Shown here piece after piece: positions 1-9,286 of a stretch of DNA of 42,050 bases; position 1 is the first letter of the stretch, and every line of letters begins with the position of its first letter. The stretch is from a virus. Lineage: Duplodnaviria; Caudoviricetes. Both the position numbers and the translations under genes were made by a program. The notes under the pieces were generated by a model. It was not told where the DNA came from, did no database searches, and saw nothing but the letters and a program-made list of their open reading frames with translations. The stretch spans positions 1-42,050 of IMG/VR virus record IMGVR_UViG_3300037515_000347; one strand, 5' to 3'.

Positions 1-127
1 TCCCATGCGGTGGACGGGCGCCAATGGGATGCTCTCGCCCGGGACACCGAGGTTCCATCCGGGACGCTCATCGGCCTCGGCTTCGACGGCTCCACGAGCC
101 ACGATGCGACGGTGCTGCGAGGCTGCA
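1..127 (+). repeat. Terminal direct repeat (assembly circularisation overlap), identical to 41853-41979
   Basis: tcccatgcggtggacggg...gaggctgca occurs at both ends. The 127 bp length equals a common maximum assembler k-mer, and the TerL frame continues across the junction. Confidence 0.95.
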
Positions 128-639
128 CCCAGGCCGGGCACTCCTTCATCGTCGGGCGCTGGAGCCGACCGACCGGCGCCGTGGAGTGGCGGGTCCCGCG
201 CTCCGAGGTGGACCAGGCGGTGGCCGATGCCTTCGCCCGCTATCGGGTCGGCCGGATGCTCTGCGATCCACCGGGCTGGCGGACCGAGATCGAGCGCTGG
301 TCGGAGCGGTTCGGCGAGGAGACCGTCCTGGCACTCGACACGAACAGCCCGCGCCGGATGGTGCCGGTCGTCGACCGCTGGCGCACGGCCATCGCCAACG
401 GCACCCACACCCACGATGGTGACCCCTTCACGACCGAGCAGGTCAAGGCAACGCGGCTGCGGAAGGTCTACCTGGCCGACGGCGAGGACGACCGGACCCG
501 CTACATGCTCGAGAAGGACGGCCACTTCGGAAACGACGCGGCGGTCGCCGACGCGCTGGCCTACGAGGCCGCCATGACGATGGCCGAGCCGGCCGATCCC
601 GGGGCCGACTTCTTCATGCACATGGGAGCCGCTCGATGA
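1..639 (+). CDS. terL: Terminase large subunit, C-terminal nuclease domain (continuation of 39864-41852)
   Basis: LGFDGSTSHDATVL RNase-H-like acidic motif and a late DAAVA motif. In frame with the ATPase half at the end of the window (position 10 equals 41862). Confidence 0.93.
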   Translation, partial: SHAVDGRQWDALARDTEVPSGTLIGLGFDGSTSHDATVLRGCTQAGHSFIVGRWSRPTGAVEWRVPRSEVDQAVADAFARYRVGRMLCDPPGWRTEIERWSERFGEETVLALDTNSPRRMVPVVDRWRTAIANGTHTHDGDPFTTEQVKATRLRKVYLADGEDDRTRYMLEKDGHFGNDAAVADALAYEAAMTMAEPADPGADFFMHMGAAR

Positions 640-821
640 GGATCCTGCGGCTCCCGGTGGCCTGGTGGCGCGGACTCGACCCGCCGGAGCGCGTGCTCTA
701 CCGCGCGATGGTCCTGCTCGCGGCCGGCGGCATCGTGACATGGCCACCGCTCGCCTTCTTCCTCCCGGGGACGCTCCTCGTCCTGGTGTTCTTCGGCTTC
801 AGCTTGCGGAGGACTCGCTGA
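636..821 (+). CDS. Small membrane protein between terminase and portal
   Basis: 61 aa with two hydrophobic stretches; ATGA and TGATG overlaps with both neighbours. Confidence 0.7.
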   Translation: MRILRLPVAWWRGLDPPERVLYRAMVLLAAGGIVTWPPLAFFLPGTLLVLVFFGFSLRRTR

Positions 822-2296
822 TGGGCGACATCGCGACCGTGATGCGCCCGGTCGACATGCGGGCCGGCAGCTACTCGCTCCAGGACTACTACGGCTGGCT
901 GCAGGGCCTGATGGGAAATGGGCTCGTCCAGACGTGGGAGATGAATCAGGAGCGCATCGAGGCCGACTTCCCCGGCCTGGTGACGGGGGCCTATCAGCGG
1001 AACGGCGTCGTCTTCGCCTGCCTGCAGACCCGCGCCCAGCTCTTCAGCCAGGTTCGCTTCCAGTTCCAGCAGCTGCGCGGTGGGCAGCCCGGGGACCTCT
1101 TCGGGACGCCGGAGCTCCGCATCGTCGAGAACCCCGAGCCGGGCATGCAGACCGGCGACCTCCTGAACCGGGCGATCGCCAATGCGGACCTTGCCGGCGA
1201 CTGGTTCGGCGTGCGGCGTCCGGGTCCGCGCCGCGGCGACCCGCCGAGGATCAAGACCCTGCGTCCCGACTGGACCATCGTCATCATCGGCAGCCCGAAC
1301 GTGGACGCCGACACGCCCGCGGACGATCCGGACGCCGAGGTCATCGGCTACCAGTACTGGCCGGGCGGGTTCCATCAGCCCACCTCGAAGCCGTGGAACT
1401 TCCTCCGGGAGGAGGTCGCGCACTTCTTCCCGGTCCCGGACCCCATCGCCAAGTACCGCGGCATGCCGCTGGTCACGGCCATCCTGCGTGACATCGCTGC
1501 CGACAGCGCGGCCTCCGCGCACAAGCTCGCCTTCTTCGAGCACGCGGCAACTCCGAACATGGTGGTCCGCTTCCCGCCCGGCGTCCCCGAATCGTCAGCG
1601 AAGGACTGGATCGACCTCTTCGAGCAGGAGCACAAGGGCGTCACGAACGCCTACAGGACGATGTACCTCGGCGCGGGAGCGGAGGCCGATGTCGTCGGTC
1701 GCGACATGCAGCAACTCGACTTCAAGGCCACCCAGGGCGCGGGCCAGACGATCATCGCCGCGGCGCTCAACGTCCACCCGACGGTGGTCGGGCTTTCCGA
1801 GGGACTCCAGGGCTCGTCGCTGAACTCCGGCAACTTCGGGGCCGCGCGTCGGCTGGTCGCCGACAAGATGCTGCGCCCGGCGTGGGGGAACTTCGCCGGG
1901 TCGCTGCAGACCATCGTCCTGCCGCCACAGGGCGGGACGCGGCTCTGGTACGACGACCGCCACGTGCCCTTCCTCGCCGAGGACGTCAAGGACGCGGCCG
2001 AGATCCTGAACCTCAACGCCCAGTCCATCCGGTCGCTCGGCGACGGCGGCTGGTTGCCCGACACCATCATCGATGCCGTGGTCTCCGGTGATCTGCGTCG
2101 CCTCCAGCACACAGGTGCCTACAGCGTCCAGCTGCAGCAGCCGGGTGCCCAGATGGCCGCCAGCGTGACCTTCTGGCCGTCGACGGCGGCGCTGCCCGGT
2201 GCCGTCATCGAGCGGGGAACCCTGCTCAATCCCGGCCATCCCATCGTCCTGGCCTATCCCAGCCTGTTCGGTCGAGCCGAAGGAGTTGCCGCATGA
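821..2296 (+). CDS. Portal protein (HK97 family)
   Basis: NGVVFAC, YRGMPLV, FFEHAATP and IAAALNVHPTVVG portal-like motifs; located after terL; ATG at 821 overlaps the upstream stop. Confidence 0.92.
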   Translation: MGDIATVMRPVDMRAGSYSLQDYYGWLQGLMGNGLVQTWEMNQERIEADFPGLVTGAYQRNGVVFACLQTRAQLFSQVRFQFQQLRGGQPGDLFGTPELRIVENPEPGMQTGDLLNRAIANADLAGDWFGVRRPGPRRGDPPRIKTLRPDWTIVIIGSPNVDADTPADDPDAEVIGYQYWPGGFHQPTSKPWNFLREEVAHFFPVPDPIAKYRGMPLVTAILRDIAADSAASAHKLAFFEHAATPNMVVRFPPGVPESSAKDWIDLFEQEHKGVTNAYRTMYLGAGAEADVVGRDMQQLDFKATQGAGQTIIAAALNVHPTVVGLSEGLQGSSLNSGNFGAARRLVADKMLRPAWGNFAGSLQTIVLPPQGGTRLWYDDRHVPFLAEDVKDAAEILNLNAQSIRSLGDGGWLPDTIIDAVVSGDLRRLQHTGAYSVQLQQPGAQMAASVTFWPSTAALPGAVIERGTLLNPGHPIVLAYPSLFGRAEGVAA

Positions 2297-3507
2297 AAAC
2301 CAAGAACGCCAACCGGGAACTGCTGATCGCCCATCTCCGCGAGGAGGTCTGGGCGCTGCCCATCCAGACGCTGTCGCTGATCTGGCGGGGCGTCATGGAC
2401 TGGCCGGATATGGAGTGGGCCGCCGCCTTCGGTCGGCAGCCGAGCCCTCCGTCGCGTCAGGGCACGATCGCTCTCGTCCCAATCCACGGGATGATCGCGC
2501 AGCGGTCCTCGTTCCTCGATGAGTTCTTCGGGGTCTCCTCGCTCGACAGCACGCGGGCCGCGATCCGGGTAGCCCTGGCCGACCCGAACGTCCGCGCGAT
2601 CCTCCTGGACCTGGACACGCCCGGCGGCAGCGTGTCTGGCGTCACCGAGCTTGCGGGGGAGATCCGCGATGCCCGTGGGCAGGGCAAGCCCATCATCGCC
2701 CACGCGAACACCCTGGCGGCATCCGCCGGCTACTGGTTGGCGTCGCAGGCCGACGAGGTCATCGTGAGTCCATCTGGATCCGTCGGGTCGATCGGTATCA
2801 TCGCGATCCACCAGGACGTGAGTCGGGCCCTCGATGCCGAGGGCATCACCACAACGCTGATCGCGTCGGGGCAGTTCAAGACGGAGGGAAATCCCTTCGA
2901 GCCGCTGACCGACGAGGCGAAGGGCCATCTCCAGGAGCGGTCGGACGCCCACTACGCCCAGTTCGTGGCCGACGTCGCCAAGGCGCGCGGAACCACCGCT
3001 GAGAACGTCCGCTCGACCTACGGTCAGGGGCGGATCGTCATGGCCCGCCAAGCGCTGGCCGCGGGCATGGTCGATCGCGTCGAGCCCTTCGATGCGACGA
3101 TCGCCAGGCTGTCCAAGGCCAACGGTGGCGCCCAGCCGGTCGAGGCACGCGCCGAAGGCGACGACGCCGACATGGCGGACCCCATGCCGTTCCACGAGCG
3201 CGTCGCCGCGCTGGCTCGCGAAAGCCAGTTCCTCGCCGATCACGGTACCGAGCGTGCCCGCCTTCGGTCGAAGGAGGGACGACGCCCATTCTCCCAGGAC
3301 ACCTCTGACGCGCTGCGGTCGAGCCGCGACGCCATCACCGCGCTCCTTGCCTCGGTCGAGCCGGAGTCGAGCGCCGGATCAGCACCGCCGGTCGATCCGG
3401 ACCCGTCCCCGGAGGCCGCGCCTCCGACCGCCAAGCCAGTGACCCTGCGGCCCATCAGCCGCGAGGACTTCCTGGTCAAGCTGACGAAGGAGCCAGCAAG
3501 ACGATGA
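2293..3507 (+). CDS. Prohead protease, S49/SppA (ClpP-like) family, with C-terminal extension
   Basis: LDLDTPGGSV, AASAGYWLASQAD and VGSIG motifs; lies between portal and capsid. Confidence 0.92.
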   Translation: MKTKNANRELLIAHLREEVWALPIQTLSLIWRGVMDWPDMEWAAAFGRQPSPPSRQGTIALVPIHGMIAQRSSFLDEFFGVSSLDSTRAAIRVALADPNVRAILLDLDTPGGSVSGVTELAGEIRDARGQGKPIIAHANTLAASAGYWLASQADEVIVSPSGSVGSIGIIAIHQDVSRALDAEGITTTLIASGQFKTEGNPFEPLTDEAKGHLQERSDAHYAQFVADVAKARGTTAENVRSTYGQGRIVMARQALAAGMVDRVEPFDATIARLSKANGGAQPVEARAEGDDADMADPMPFHERVAALARESQFLADHGTERARLRSKEGRRPFSQDTSDALRSSRDAITALLASVEPESSAGSAPPVDPDPSPEAAPPTAKPVTLRPISREDFLVKLTKEPARR

Positions 3508-5003
3508 ACCCGTACCAGATGCCCGACCTGGTGGCCTGCCGCTCGGTCGAGGAGATCGCCTCCGGTATCGACTCGATGAAGGGTCGTCTGACCGAGATCC
3601 AGACCCAGTTCGGTGTCCAGCCTCTCGATGATGAGGCGAGGGCCGAGTGGGCGGCGCTCGATGAGGCGATCACGGACTTTGAGTCGGCCAAGACCGAGGC
3701 CGAGGCCCGACTCTCCAAGATCGACTCGCTCAGTCGGCGCGAGGAGAACGTTGAGCGGGTCCGCCGCTACGACGCTCCCCACGTCGTCGCGCGCAAGACA
3801 CCGGACAACCTCTACGACATGCTGGAATATCGGCGCCGGACCACCTCTCAGGAGGCCATGTCCGCGCTGATGGTCGACGGCGCCAAGCGGGCGGCCGAGA
3901 CGTGGGTCTTCCCGCACCCGAACGCGACCGAAAAGGGCACCGTCGAGCATATCCACCGCCTGCTCGCCATCCCGCGCTCGGAGCGCGCCGTGGAGAACGG
4001 CTGGGACTCGGCGAAGTTCGCCCAGCATCTGCTGGCGTCCGGGTCGCCCATCTACCAGCGGGCCTTCAGCAAGGTCCTTGCCGGACTGCCGATGACTCCG
4101 GACGAGCAGGCCGCGATCTCCGTGGTCGGCACCACCACCTCCGGCGGCTACATGGTCCCGGCCCAGCTCGACCCGACGATCATCCTGACGTCGGACGGGC
4201 AGGTGAACCCGCTTCGCCAGATTGCGGATGTCCGCCAGATCAACACCGGCAACGTGCTGAACTTGGTCACCTCGGCCGGGGTGAGCGCGGCATACGGCTC
4301 GGAGACGGCGGCCAGGACGCCTACCGCCCCCACGCTCGGCCAGCCATCCGTGACGGTCTACGAGGCGTCGGTCCTGATCGACTTCAGCTTCGCCGCCGGC
4401 GAGGACATCCCGAACCTCGCGGCCCAGCTGTCGCCGCTCATCCAGGACGCCAAGGACTCCCTCGAGGCGGAGAAGTTCGTCAACGGGACGGGTTCCACCC
4501 AGCCCGAGGGCGTGCTGTACGGCATCGCCTCGACCTACAACGTCGGGACGACCGGCGACGGCCTCGACCTCGAGGACTTCGGCGTGATCACCGATCGGCT
4601 TGCCGATCGGTGGGAGCCCCGCGCCTCGTGGCTCGCGCACCGCGCGATCTACACCGAGGCCGAGCGGCTTGACCGTGCGGCAGGCGGCGGGTCGGCGAAC
4701 GCCTATCGACCGCTGGTGGCCGGTGCTCCTCGTGAGCTGCTCGGGTACCCGCGCTACAACAGCTCCGCCATGGAGTCCGACTTCACCACGAGCACGAACC
4801 GGATCGCCATCTTCGGCGACTTCCGGAACTACGTGATCGCGGACCGGATCGGTCTCTCGGTGGAGCTCATCCCGCACATGGTGGACTCGGACGGCAAGGT
4901 CGTCGGCCGTGGCCTCCTGGCGCGGTTCCGCAACGGCGCGGTGGTCGTCGTGGACAGCGCGTTCCGCGTGCTGACCGTCGGCGTGGTGACCACGGGCGTC
5001 TAA
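3504..5003 (+). CDS. Major capsid protein (HK97 fold, N-terminal coiled-coil scaffold domain)
   Basis: SGGYMVP, FVNGTGSTQPEG, LLGYP and FGDFRNYVIADR motifs. Confidence 0.95.
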   Translation: MNPYQMPDLVACRSVEEIASGIDSMKGRLTEIQTQFGVQPLDDEARAEWAALDEAITDFESAKTEAEARLSKIDSLSRREENVERVRRYDAPHVVARKTPDNLYDMLEYRRRTTSQEAMSALMVDGAKRAAETWVFPHPNATEKGTVEHIHRLLAIPRSERAVENGWDSAKFAQHLLASGSPIYQRAFSKVLAGLPMTPDEQAAISVVGTTTSGGYMVPAQLDPTIILTSDGQVNPLRQIADVRQINTGNVLNLVTSAGVSAAYGSETAARTPTAPTLGQPSVTVYEASVLIDFSFAAGEDIPNLAAQLSPLIQDAKDSLEAEKFVNGTGSTQPEGVLYGIASTYNVGTTGDGLDLEDFGVITDRLADRWEPRASWLAHRAIYTEAERLDRAAGGGSANAYRPLVAGAPRELLGYPRYNSSAMESDFTTSTNRIAIFGDFRNYVIADRIGLSVELIPHMVDSDGKVVGRGLLARFRNGAVVVVDSAFRVLTVGVVTTGV

Positions 5004-5014
5004 CAGCGAGTACG

Positions 5015-5050
5015 GCCCCTCCCGCCGAGGTCCCCCCGGCGGGAGGGGGC
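5015..5050 (+). terminator. GC-rich hairpin after the capsid gene (terminator or mRNA-stabilising stem)
   Basis: gcccctcccgccg...cggcgggagggggc inverted repeat; no U-tract. Confidence 0.55.
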
Positions 5051-5071
5051 ACACCACAGACAGGAGACCAG

Positions 5072-5290
5072 ATGGCAACACGAACCAAGGCCCCGACCAG
5101 CCCGACCGGCATCTTCGTCGCGCGGTCCGCCGGGGTCTTCCGGATCAAGGGCCAGCTTCATCGCTACCACGTCGGCCAGACCTTCCCCGAAGGCCATCCG
5201 CTGCTCAAGGTCAACCCTGGCGCGTTCGAGCCCGTCACCTTCGATGACGCGCCGGCGCGGGCCACCATCGTCGAGAAGGCATCGGCCTAG
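5072..5290 (+). CDS. Small post-capsid virion-associated protein
   Basis: 72 aa, good SD (caggag), typical position; GHPLLKVNPGAF motif. Confidence 0.75.
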   Translation: MATRTKAPTSPTGIFVARSAGVFRIKGQLHRYHVGQTFPEGHPLLKVNPGAFEPVTFDDAPARATIVEKASA

Positions 5291-5293
5291 ACC

Positions 5294-5854
5294 ATGACCG
5301 CGCTGACGTTCCCGCTCTCGCCGGCCGAGTTCACGCTCCTGTACGCGAACTCGATGGACACGGATGCCCTCCAGCTGCTCCTGGATGCTGCCGAGGCCGA
5401 GATCGTCGAGCGTGCTGGACCCACCATCACGGATTACGTCGACCGCGTCGAGACCTTTACCCCGCGCGGCGTCCTGCTGCGCCTGTCTGAGGATGCGGCG
5501 AGCATCGAGAGCGTCATCGAGTACGCCGAGCAGGTCAGCCCTACCACCCTTGCCGCCGATGACTACGAGCTCTCGGGCGCCGGCAGGATGCTCCGCCGGC
5601 TCCTCACCGGGACGAACGGTGCCTACCAGTGGAACCCGCTGGTCAAGGTCACCTACATCCCGAAGTCCGACGATGCGACCCGGGGTCGCGTCCAGGCTGA
5701 GTTGGTCAAGCTCGCTGTCGGCTTCACGCCCAACCTTCGCTCCCAGACCATCGGTGACTGGGCGGAGGTCTACGCCACCAGCGACGTGCCCTACGGCGAG
5801 CAGCGGGAGGCCATCCTCGCCACGCTGCATCCCGGCCGGATCGTGGTGTTCTGA
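5294..5854 (+). CDS. Head-tail adaptor/connector protein
   Basis: LQLLLDAAEAEI N-terminal helix, VKVTY, and SQTIGDW motif typical of adaptor proteins; synteny. Confidence 0.8.
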   Translation: MTALTFPLSPAEFTLLYANSMDTDALQLLLDAAEAEIVERAGPTITDYVDRVETFTPRGVLLRLSEDAASIESVIEYAEQVSPTTLAADDYELSGAGRMLRRLLTGTNGAYQWNPLVKVTYIPKSDDATRGRVQAELVKLAVGFTPNLRSQTIGDWAEVYATSDVPYGEQREAILATLHPGRIVVF

Positions 5855-6231
5855 TGGCCTTCAGTGACCGCCTCGTCCACGCGCTGGCCATCGTCACGCC
5901 CCGGGACGCCGTCTCCGGTGCCGTGGACGACTACGGGCATCCGGTGGCCGGCACGCCGGACCTCGACCTGGTCTCCGGGCTCATCCAGCCGCGGACGGCC
6001 AGGCGGACGCGCGAGGTCGCTCTCACCAACCAGGGCGGCGCGGCCATCGACGACCACACCATCTTCCTGGAGTTGGATGCGCCAGTCTCGACCACGTCCT
6101 ACGTCCGCTTTGAGCCGGATGACGGCGACCGCTACGAGGTGGTCGGCATCCGGCGCTACGACTTCGGCCGGGAGCCCCATCTCGAGGTGGACTCCCGCCG
6201 GATTGTCTCCGACGCGCTGGTGACCTCGTGA
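5854..6231 (+). CDS. Head closure (stopper) protein
   Basis: DDYGHP, DGDRYEVVG and PHLEV motifs; synteny. Confidence 0.8.
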   Translation: MAFSDRLVHALAIVTPRDAVSGAVDDYGHPVAGTPDLDLVSGLIQPRTARRTREVALTNQGGAAIDDHTIFLELDAPVSTTSYVRFEPDDGDRYEVVGIRRYDFGREPHLEVDSRRIVSDALVTS

Positions 6232-7016
6232 CCGCGCTCGTCTGCATCCCCTACTTCGGCACGGCGGAGTACGTCGAGCGCGCGGTCCGCTCCGTGCTCG
6301 CCCAGACGCACGATGACCTCGCCTGCGTCGTCATCGGCGATGGCGAGGATCCGCCCATCGGGCACATCCGGGACTCTCGGCTCGTGGTCCACAGCTACGC
6401 CACCAACCGCGGCGTCTACTTCGCGCAGGACGTGGCCATCTGGGCGTCGCCCTTCGAGTGGTACGCGCCGATGGGCTCGGATGACTGGCTCGACCCCGAC
6501 CACCTGGAGCGCGCGCTGTCGCATGGTCAGGACGTGGCCTGCGGAGCCCTGTGGGCGCATGGCGACGGCCCAGGCTACTGCGGGCCCGAGAACGACGGCC
6601 ACACGGCTTGCCGCGGCGTGCTCGTCAAGAAGGCGTACGAGGTGGGCATCTACCGGACGGAGACGTATCGGCGGATCGGCGGGCACAACCCCGCGGAGCG
6701 GATGGGCCAGGACTCGCTGACCCTTCGGGTGATGCGGATCGTCGGCGAGGTCAGCGCGACGAAGGTCCCGACCTACAACCGGCTCTTCCGCCAGGGGTCG
6801 CTCTCCACGCATCCCGACACGAACCGCGACGCGCCGGCCCGGATTGCCATGCGCATGCGCAACCGGGACATCGTGCTCCGCTGCATGAAGCTGCAGACGC
6901 CGGAGCGCATCCGGGCTTACCGGGACTCGCTCATCCCCGCTGTTCTCAAGGACGCGCTTGCGTTAGAGGTGGAGGCGCTGCGGGCGAAGTTCGGCGTTCA
7001 GGCGGTGGCGGCGTGA
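6228..7016 (+). CDS. Glycosyltransferase, GT-A/GT2 family
   Basis: VCIPYF...AVRSVLAQT...VVIGDG, NRG and GSDDW (DxD-like) motifs. Confidence 0.88.
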   Translation: MTALVCIPYFGTAEYVERAVRSVLAQTHDDLACVVIGDGEDPPIGHIRDSRLVVHSYATNRGVYFAQDVAIWASPFEWYAPMGSDDWLDPDHLERALSHGQDVACGALWAHGDGPGYCGPENDGHTACRGVLVKKAYEVGIYRTETYRRIGGHNPAERMGQDSLTLRVMRIVGEVSATKVPTYNRLFRQGSLSTHPDTNRDAPARIAMRMRNRDIVLRCMKLQTPERIRAYRDSLIPAVLKDALALEVEALRAKFGVQAVAA

Positions 7017-7264
7017 TGGCGCAGTTCTCGTGCAAGTGCGTGGAGTGCGCTGGCAGGGGTGTTGCCATAGCCGGTTTCCGCCTGGTCAGTTACGCCCGGC
7101 GTGAAGTGCGGGTACTTGGCGATGTCATAGGGCAACCACGCTTCCGCCTGCCATTTCTTATTGGACTCAGCCGGATCAACCCGTTGATCAAGAGCCTCGA
7201 TCTGCCGACCCTCAGGAAGTTCCTTCTCGGCGGCGATCCATGCAGCATCAAGCGATTTGTCCAT
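6998..7264 (-). CDS. Small antisense moron-like protein (88 aa), leaderless
   Basis: Protein-like composition (MDKSLDAAWIAAEKELP...GYGNTPASALHALARELR); TAGAAT exactly 7 nt upstream of the ATG; locally lower GC. Confidence 0.65.
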   Translation of the reverse strand: MDKSLDAAWIAAEKELPEGRQIEALDQRVDPAESNKKWQAEAWLPYDIAKYPHFTPGVTDQAETGYGNTPASALHALARELRHHAATA

Positions 7265-7297
7265 AGCTCGCATTCTACATCCGGTGGCGCGGCGTGA
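7016..7297 (+). CDS. Plus-strand ORF (93 aa) bridging the antisense gene; possibly only a translational-coupling linker
   Basis: Starts at a TGATG overlap with 6228-7016 and ends at a GTGA overlap with 7294; atypical composition. Confidence 0.4.
   Translation: MAQFSCKCVECAGRGVAIAGFRLVSYARREVRVLGDVIGQPRFRLPFLIGLSRINPLIKSLDLPTLRKFLLGGDPCSIKRFVHSSHSTSGGAA
7272..7277 (-). promoter_or_regulatory. -10 element (TAGAAT) of a leaderless minus-strand promoter
   Basis: Reverse strand reads TAGAAT-gcgagct-ATG. Confidence 0.55.
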
Positions 7298-7965
7298 ACC
7301 ACTACGTCATGACCGCCAGCTACCGGGGCCCGGATTACCCGCTCGAGGCCAACGCCCGCCGGGTCGAGCTGGCCCGCCGGATCACGGTGCCGTCGCTCGC
7401 CGCGCAGCCGCCCGGCTGGACGTGGATCGTGTACGTCCACCCCGAGGATCCGCTCCGAACGGAACGGCTGGCCGCCTTCCGGGAGGCCGGGGCTCCGGTC
7501 ATCGCGGTCACGGACAACGGCGAGGCCGAGGCCGCCATCGACTGGACGGGGCCGGTCCTGACGACGCGCATCGATGACGACGACGCCTTCGCGCTGGACG
7601 CCTTCGCGCGCCTCCATGCCTCCCTTCGGACACCGCCGGCCGAGCCGACAGCTCTGATCTTCCCGATCGGCTACTTCCTCCGTGATGGTCGGGTGGCGCT
7701 CCATCGCCATCTGCGCAACGCCTGGGCTTCGGTCTACTCCCCCGGCGGCCGTCGCGAGCACATCCGCCTCCACCAGCATCAGCGCATCCCCGGCGCCTAC
7801 CCGGTCTACTACCTGGACCCGGCACCGGCTTGGCTCCGGGTGAGCCACGACGCCAACGACCGACCATCGAGCCACCGCACCCACGTAACGCCAAGTCACG
7901 CGATCCGGTCCATCTTCCCGGTTGACTGGACGCTGCTCGATGGAAGCGGCCAGGTGGTTGCATGA
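7294..7965 (+). CDS. Putative glycosyltransferase (putative rhamnosyltransferase-like GT-A)
   Basis: TVPSLAAQ...WIVYV and VLTTRIDDDDAFA motifs. Confidence 0.75.
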   Translation: MNHYVMTASYRGPDYPLEANARRVELARRITVPSLAAQPPGWTWIVYVHPEDPLRTERLAAFREAGAPVIAVTDNGEAEAAIDWTGPVLTTRIDDDDAFALDAFARLHASLRTPPAEPTALIFPIGYFLRDGRVALHRHLRNAWASVYSPGGRREHIRLHQHQRIPGAYPVYYLDPAPAWLRVSHDANDRPSSHRTHVTPSHAIRSIFPVDWTLLDGSGQVVA

Positions 7966-8882
7966 GGGTCCTGCTGATCTCGGACGGCAACGACAACGGC
8001 GGGAACGGCTCGGCGCTGCGGAGAGCGATCAGCCGGCACACGGACTGGCAGGTGCGCCATGTCCGGCGCCGGCCGTCCTTCATCGGCTACGAGAAGGACC
8101 TCGAGTGGCCCAGGAAGACACCCGCTCCGCGCGCCTTGCTCGAGTTCTGGCGCGGGGCCGACGTCGCCATCCTGCTCGGCGGGTTCCGGGTCGCCCAGGC
8201 CCTCCCAGGGTACGACCAGAAGCCCAAGGTGATGTACCACCTCGGACAGTCTTTCCGCGACAACGCCGAGCCGTACATGGCGCGCTGCCGGTCCGAGGGC
8301 ATTCCCCAACTGGTGACGACCTTCGATCTGCTCGGCTATGGCCCAGACCTCGCGTGGCTTCCGATGGTCTGCGATGTGGATCGAATGGAGCTCGAGCGTC
8401 GTGCCTACCGGCCAGGATCTCGGCCCCGGGTCATGCAGACACCGGCTGCGCGCGGGCCGAACCAGACCGACCAGTTCGTCGAGGCAATGCGCGGCGTCGA
8501 AGGCATCGACGTGGCCCTTGTCGAGGGCGTTCCCCTGGACGTGGCGCTTCGACACAAGGCGCAAGCGGACATTCTCTTCGACTCGTTCGACCCTTGGTAC
8601 GGGCTCTCGGCCATCGAGGCGATGGGCATGGGCATCCCGGTCGTGGCCGGGACTGGTAGCGACGAGATCGCTGGCCGCATCCAGGAGACCCTGGGGACGA
8701 TCCCCTTCATCCCAGCGACACCCGAGACCGTCCGCGAGGTGATGGAGCGTCTGGCGCGCGACCGGACGCTGCGTGAACGATTCAAGATGATCGGCCATGA
8801 GGTCGTTCAGCGCTTCCATGCCGAGGAGCGCGTCGTCGAGCGCCTGGCGCCATTCATTGGCCAGGCGAGGTCAGCGCGATGA
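7962..8882 (+). CDS. Glycosyltransferase, GT-B (GT4-like)
   Basis: MRVLLIS N-terminus; ADILFD...YGLSAIEAMGMGIPVVA donor-binding motif. Confidence 0.85.
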   Translation: MRVLLISDGNDNGGNGSALRRAISRHTDWQVRHVRRRPSFIGYEKDLEWPRKTPAPRALLEFWRGADVAILLGGFRVAQALPGYDQKPKVMYHLGQSFRDNAEPYMARCRSEGIPQLVTTFDLLGYGPDLAWLPMVCDVDRMELERRAYRPGSRPRVMQTPAARGPNQTDQFVEAMRGVEGIDVALVEGVPLDVALRHKAQADILFDSFDPWYGLSAIEAMGMGIPVVAGTGSDEIAGRIQETLGTIPFIPATPETVREVMERLARDRTLRERFKMIGHEVVQRFHAEERVVERLAPFIGQARSAR

Positions 8883-9286
8883 CGACGGTTCTCACGATCG
8901 GCACCTTCGCGATCCCCCACCTCGGCCACGCCGCCTTCCTGCGTCAGTGCGAGGCCTTCGGCGAGCTACAGGTCGGCGTTAACTCCGACGCCTTCGTGGA
9001 GCGGTACAAGGGCCGGCGTCCGCTGTTCGACCAGGCCGAGCGCTTGGCGCTGGTCGCGGCCCTCGGTTACGTCGTCCATCTCAACGATGGTCCTGGGGAT
9101 GCCCTGATCGAGTTCGTTCGCCCGGACGTGGTGGTGATCGGGACGGACTGGGCGCGGAAGGACTATCGCGCCCAGATCAACGTCACGCAGGACTGGCTCG
9201 ACGATCGTGGCATCACGATCGCGTACCTCCCGATGCGCCCGATCGGGATCAGCTCGACTGAGCTGGAGCGGAGGATCCGGCAGTGA
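8879..9286 (+). CDS. Cytidylyltransferase (TagD/RfaE-type HxGH nucleotidyltransferase)
   Basis: TIGTF..PHLGH, VGVNSD, YKGRRP, PDVVVIGTDW and ISST motifs; single domain of 135 aa. Confidence 0.88.
   Translation: MTTVLTIGTFAIPHLGHAAFLRQCEAFGELQVGVNSDAFVERYKGRRPLFDQAERLALVAALGYVVHLNDGPGDALIEFVRPDVVVIGTDWARKDYRAQINVTQDWLDDRGITIAYLPMRPIGISSTELERRIRQ

Noticed and set aside
1-127. Terminal repeat as a biological direct terminal repeat
   Set aside because: It lies mid-terL and its length matches an assembler k-mer; it indicates circular assembly, not a packaging end.
5006-5015. gcgagtacgg is the reverse complement of ccgtactcgc at 13801-13810 (possible long-range pairing around the glyco-cassette)
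   Set aside because: Only 10 bp long, and the same 10-mer also occurs in coding sequence near 31790, so chance is likely.
3240-5081. Long minus-strand ORFs (e.g. 613 aa here, 559 aa at 15177-16856, 499 aa at 20752-22251)
   Set aside because: They are antisense shadows of well-supported plus-strand genes, expected in high-GC DNA, and have no recognisable motifs.
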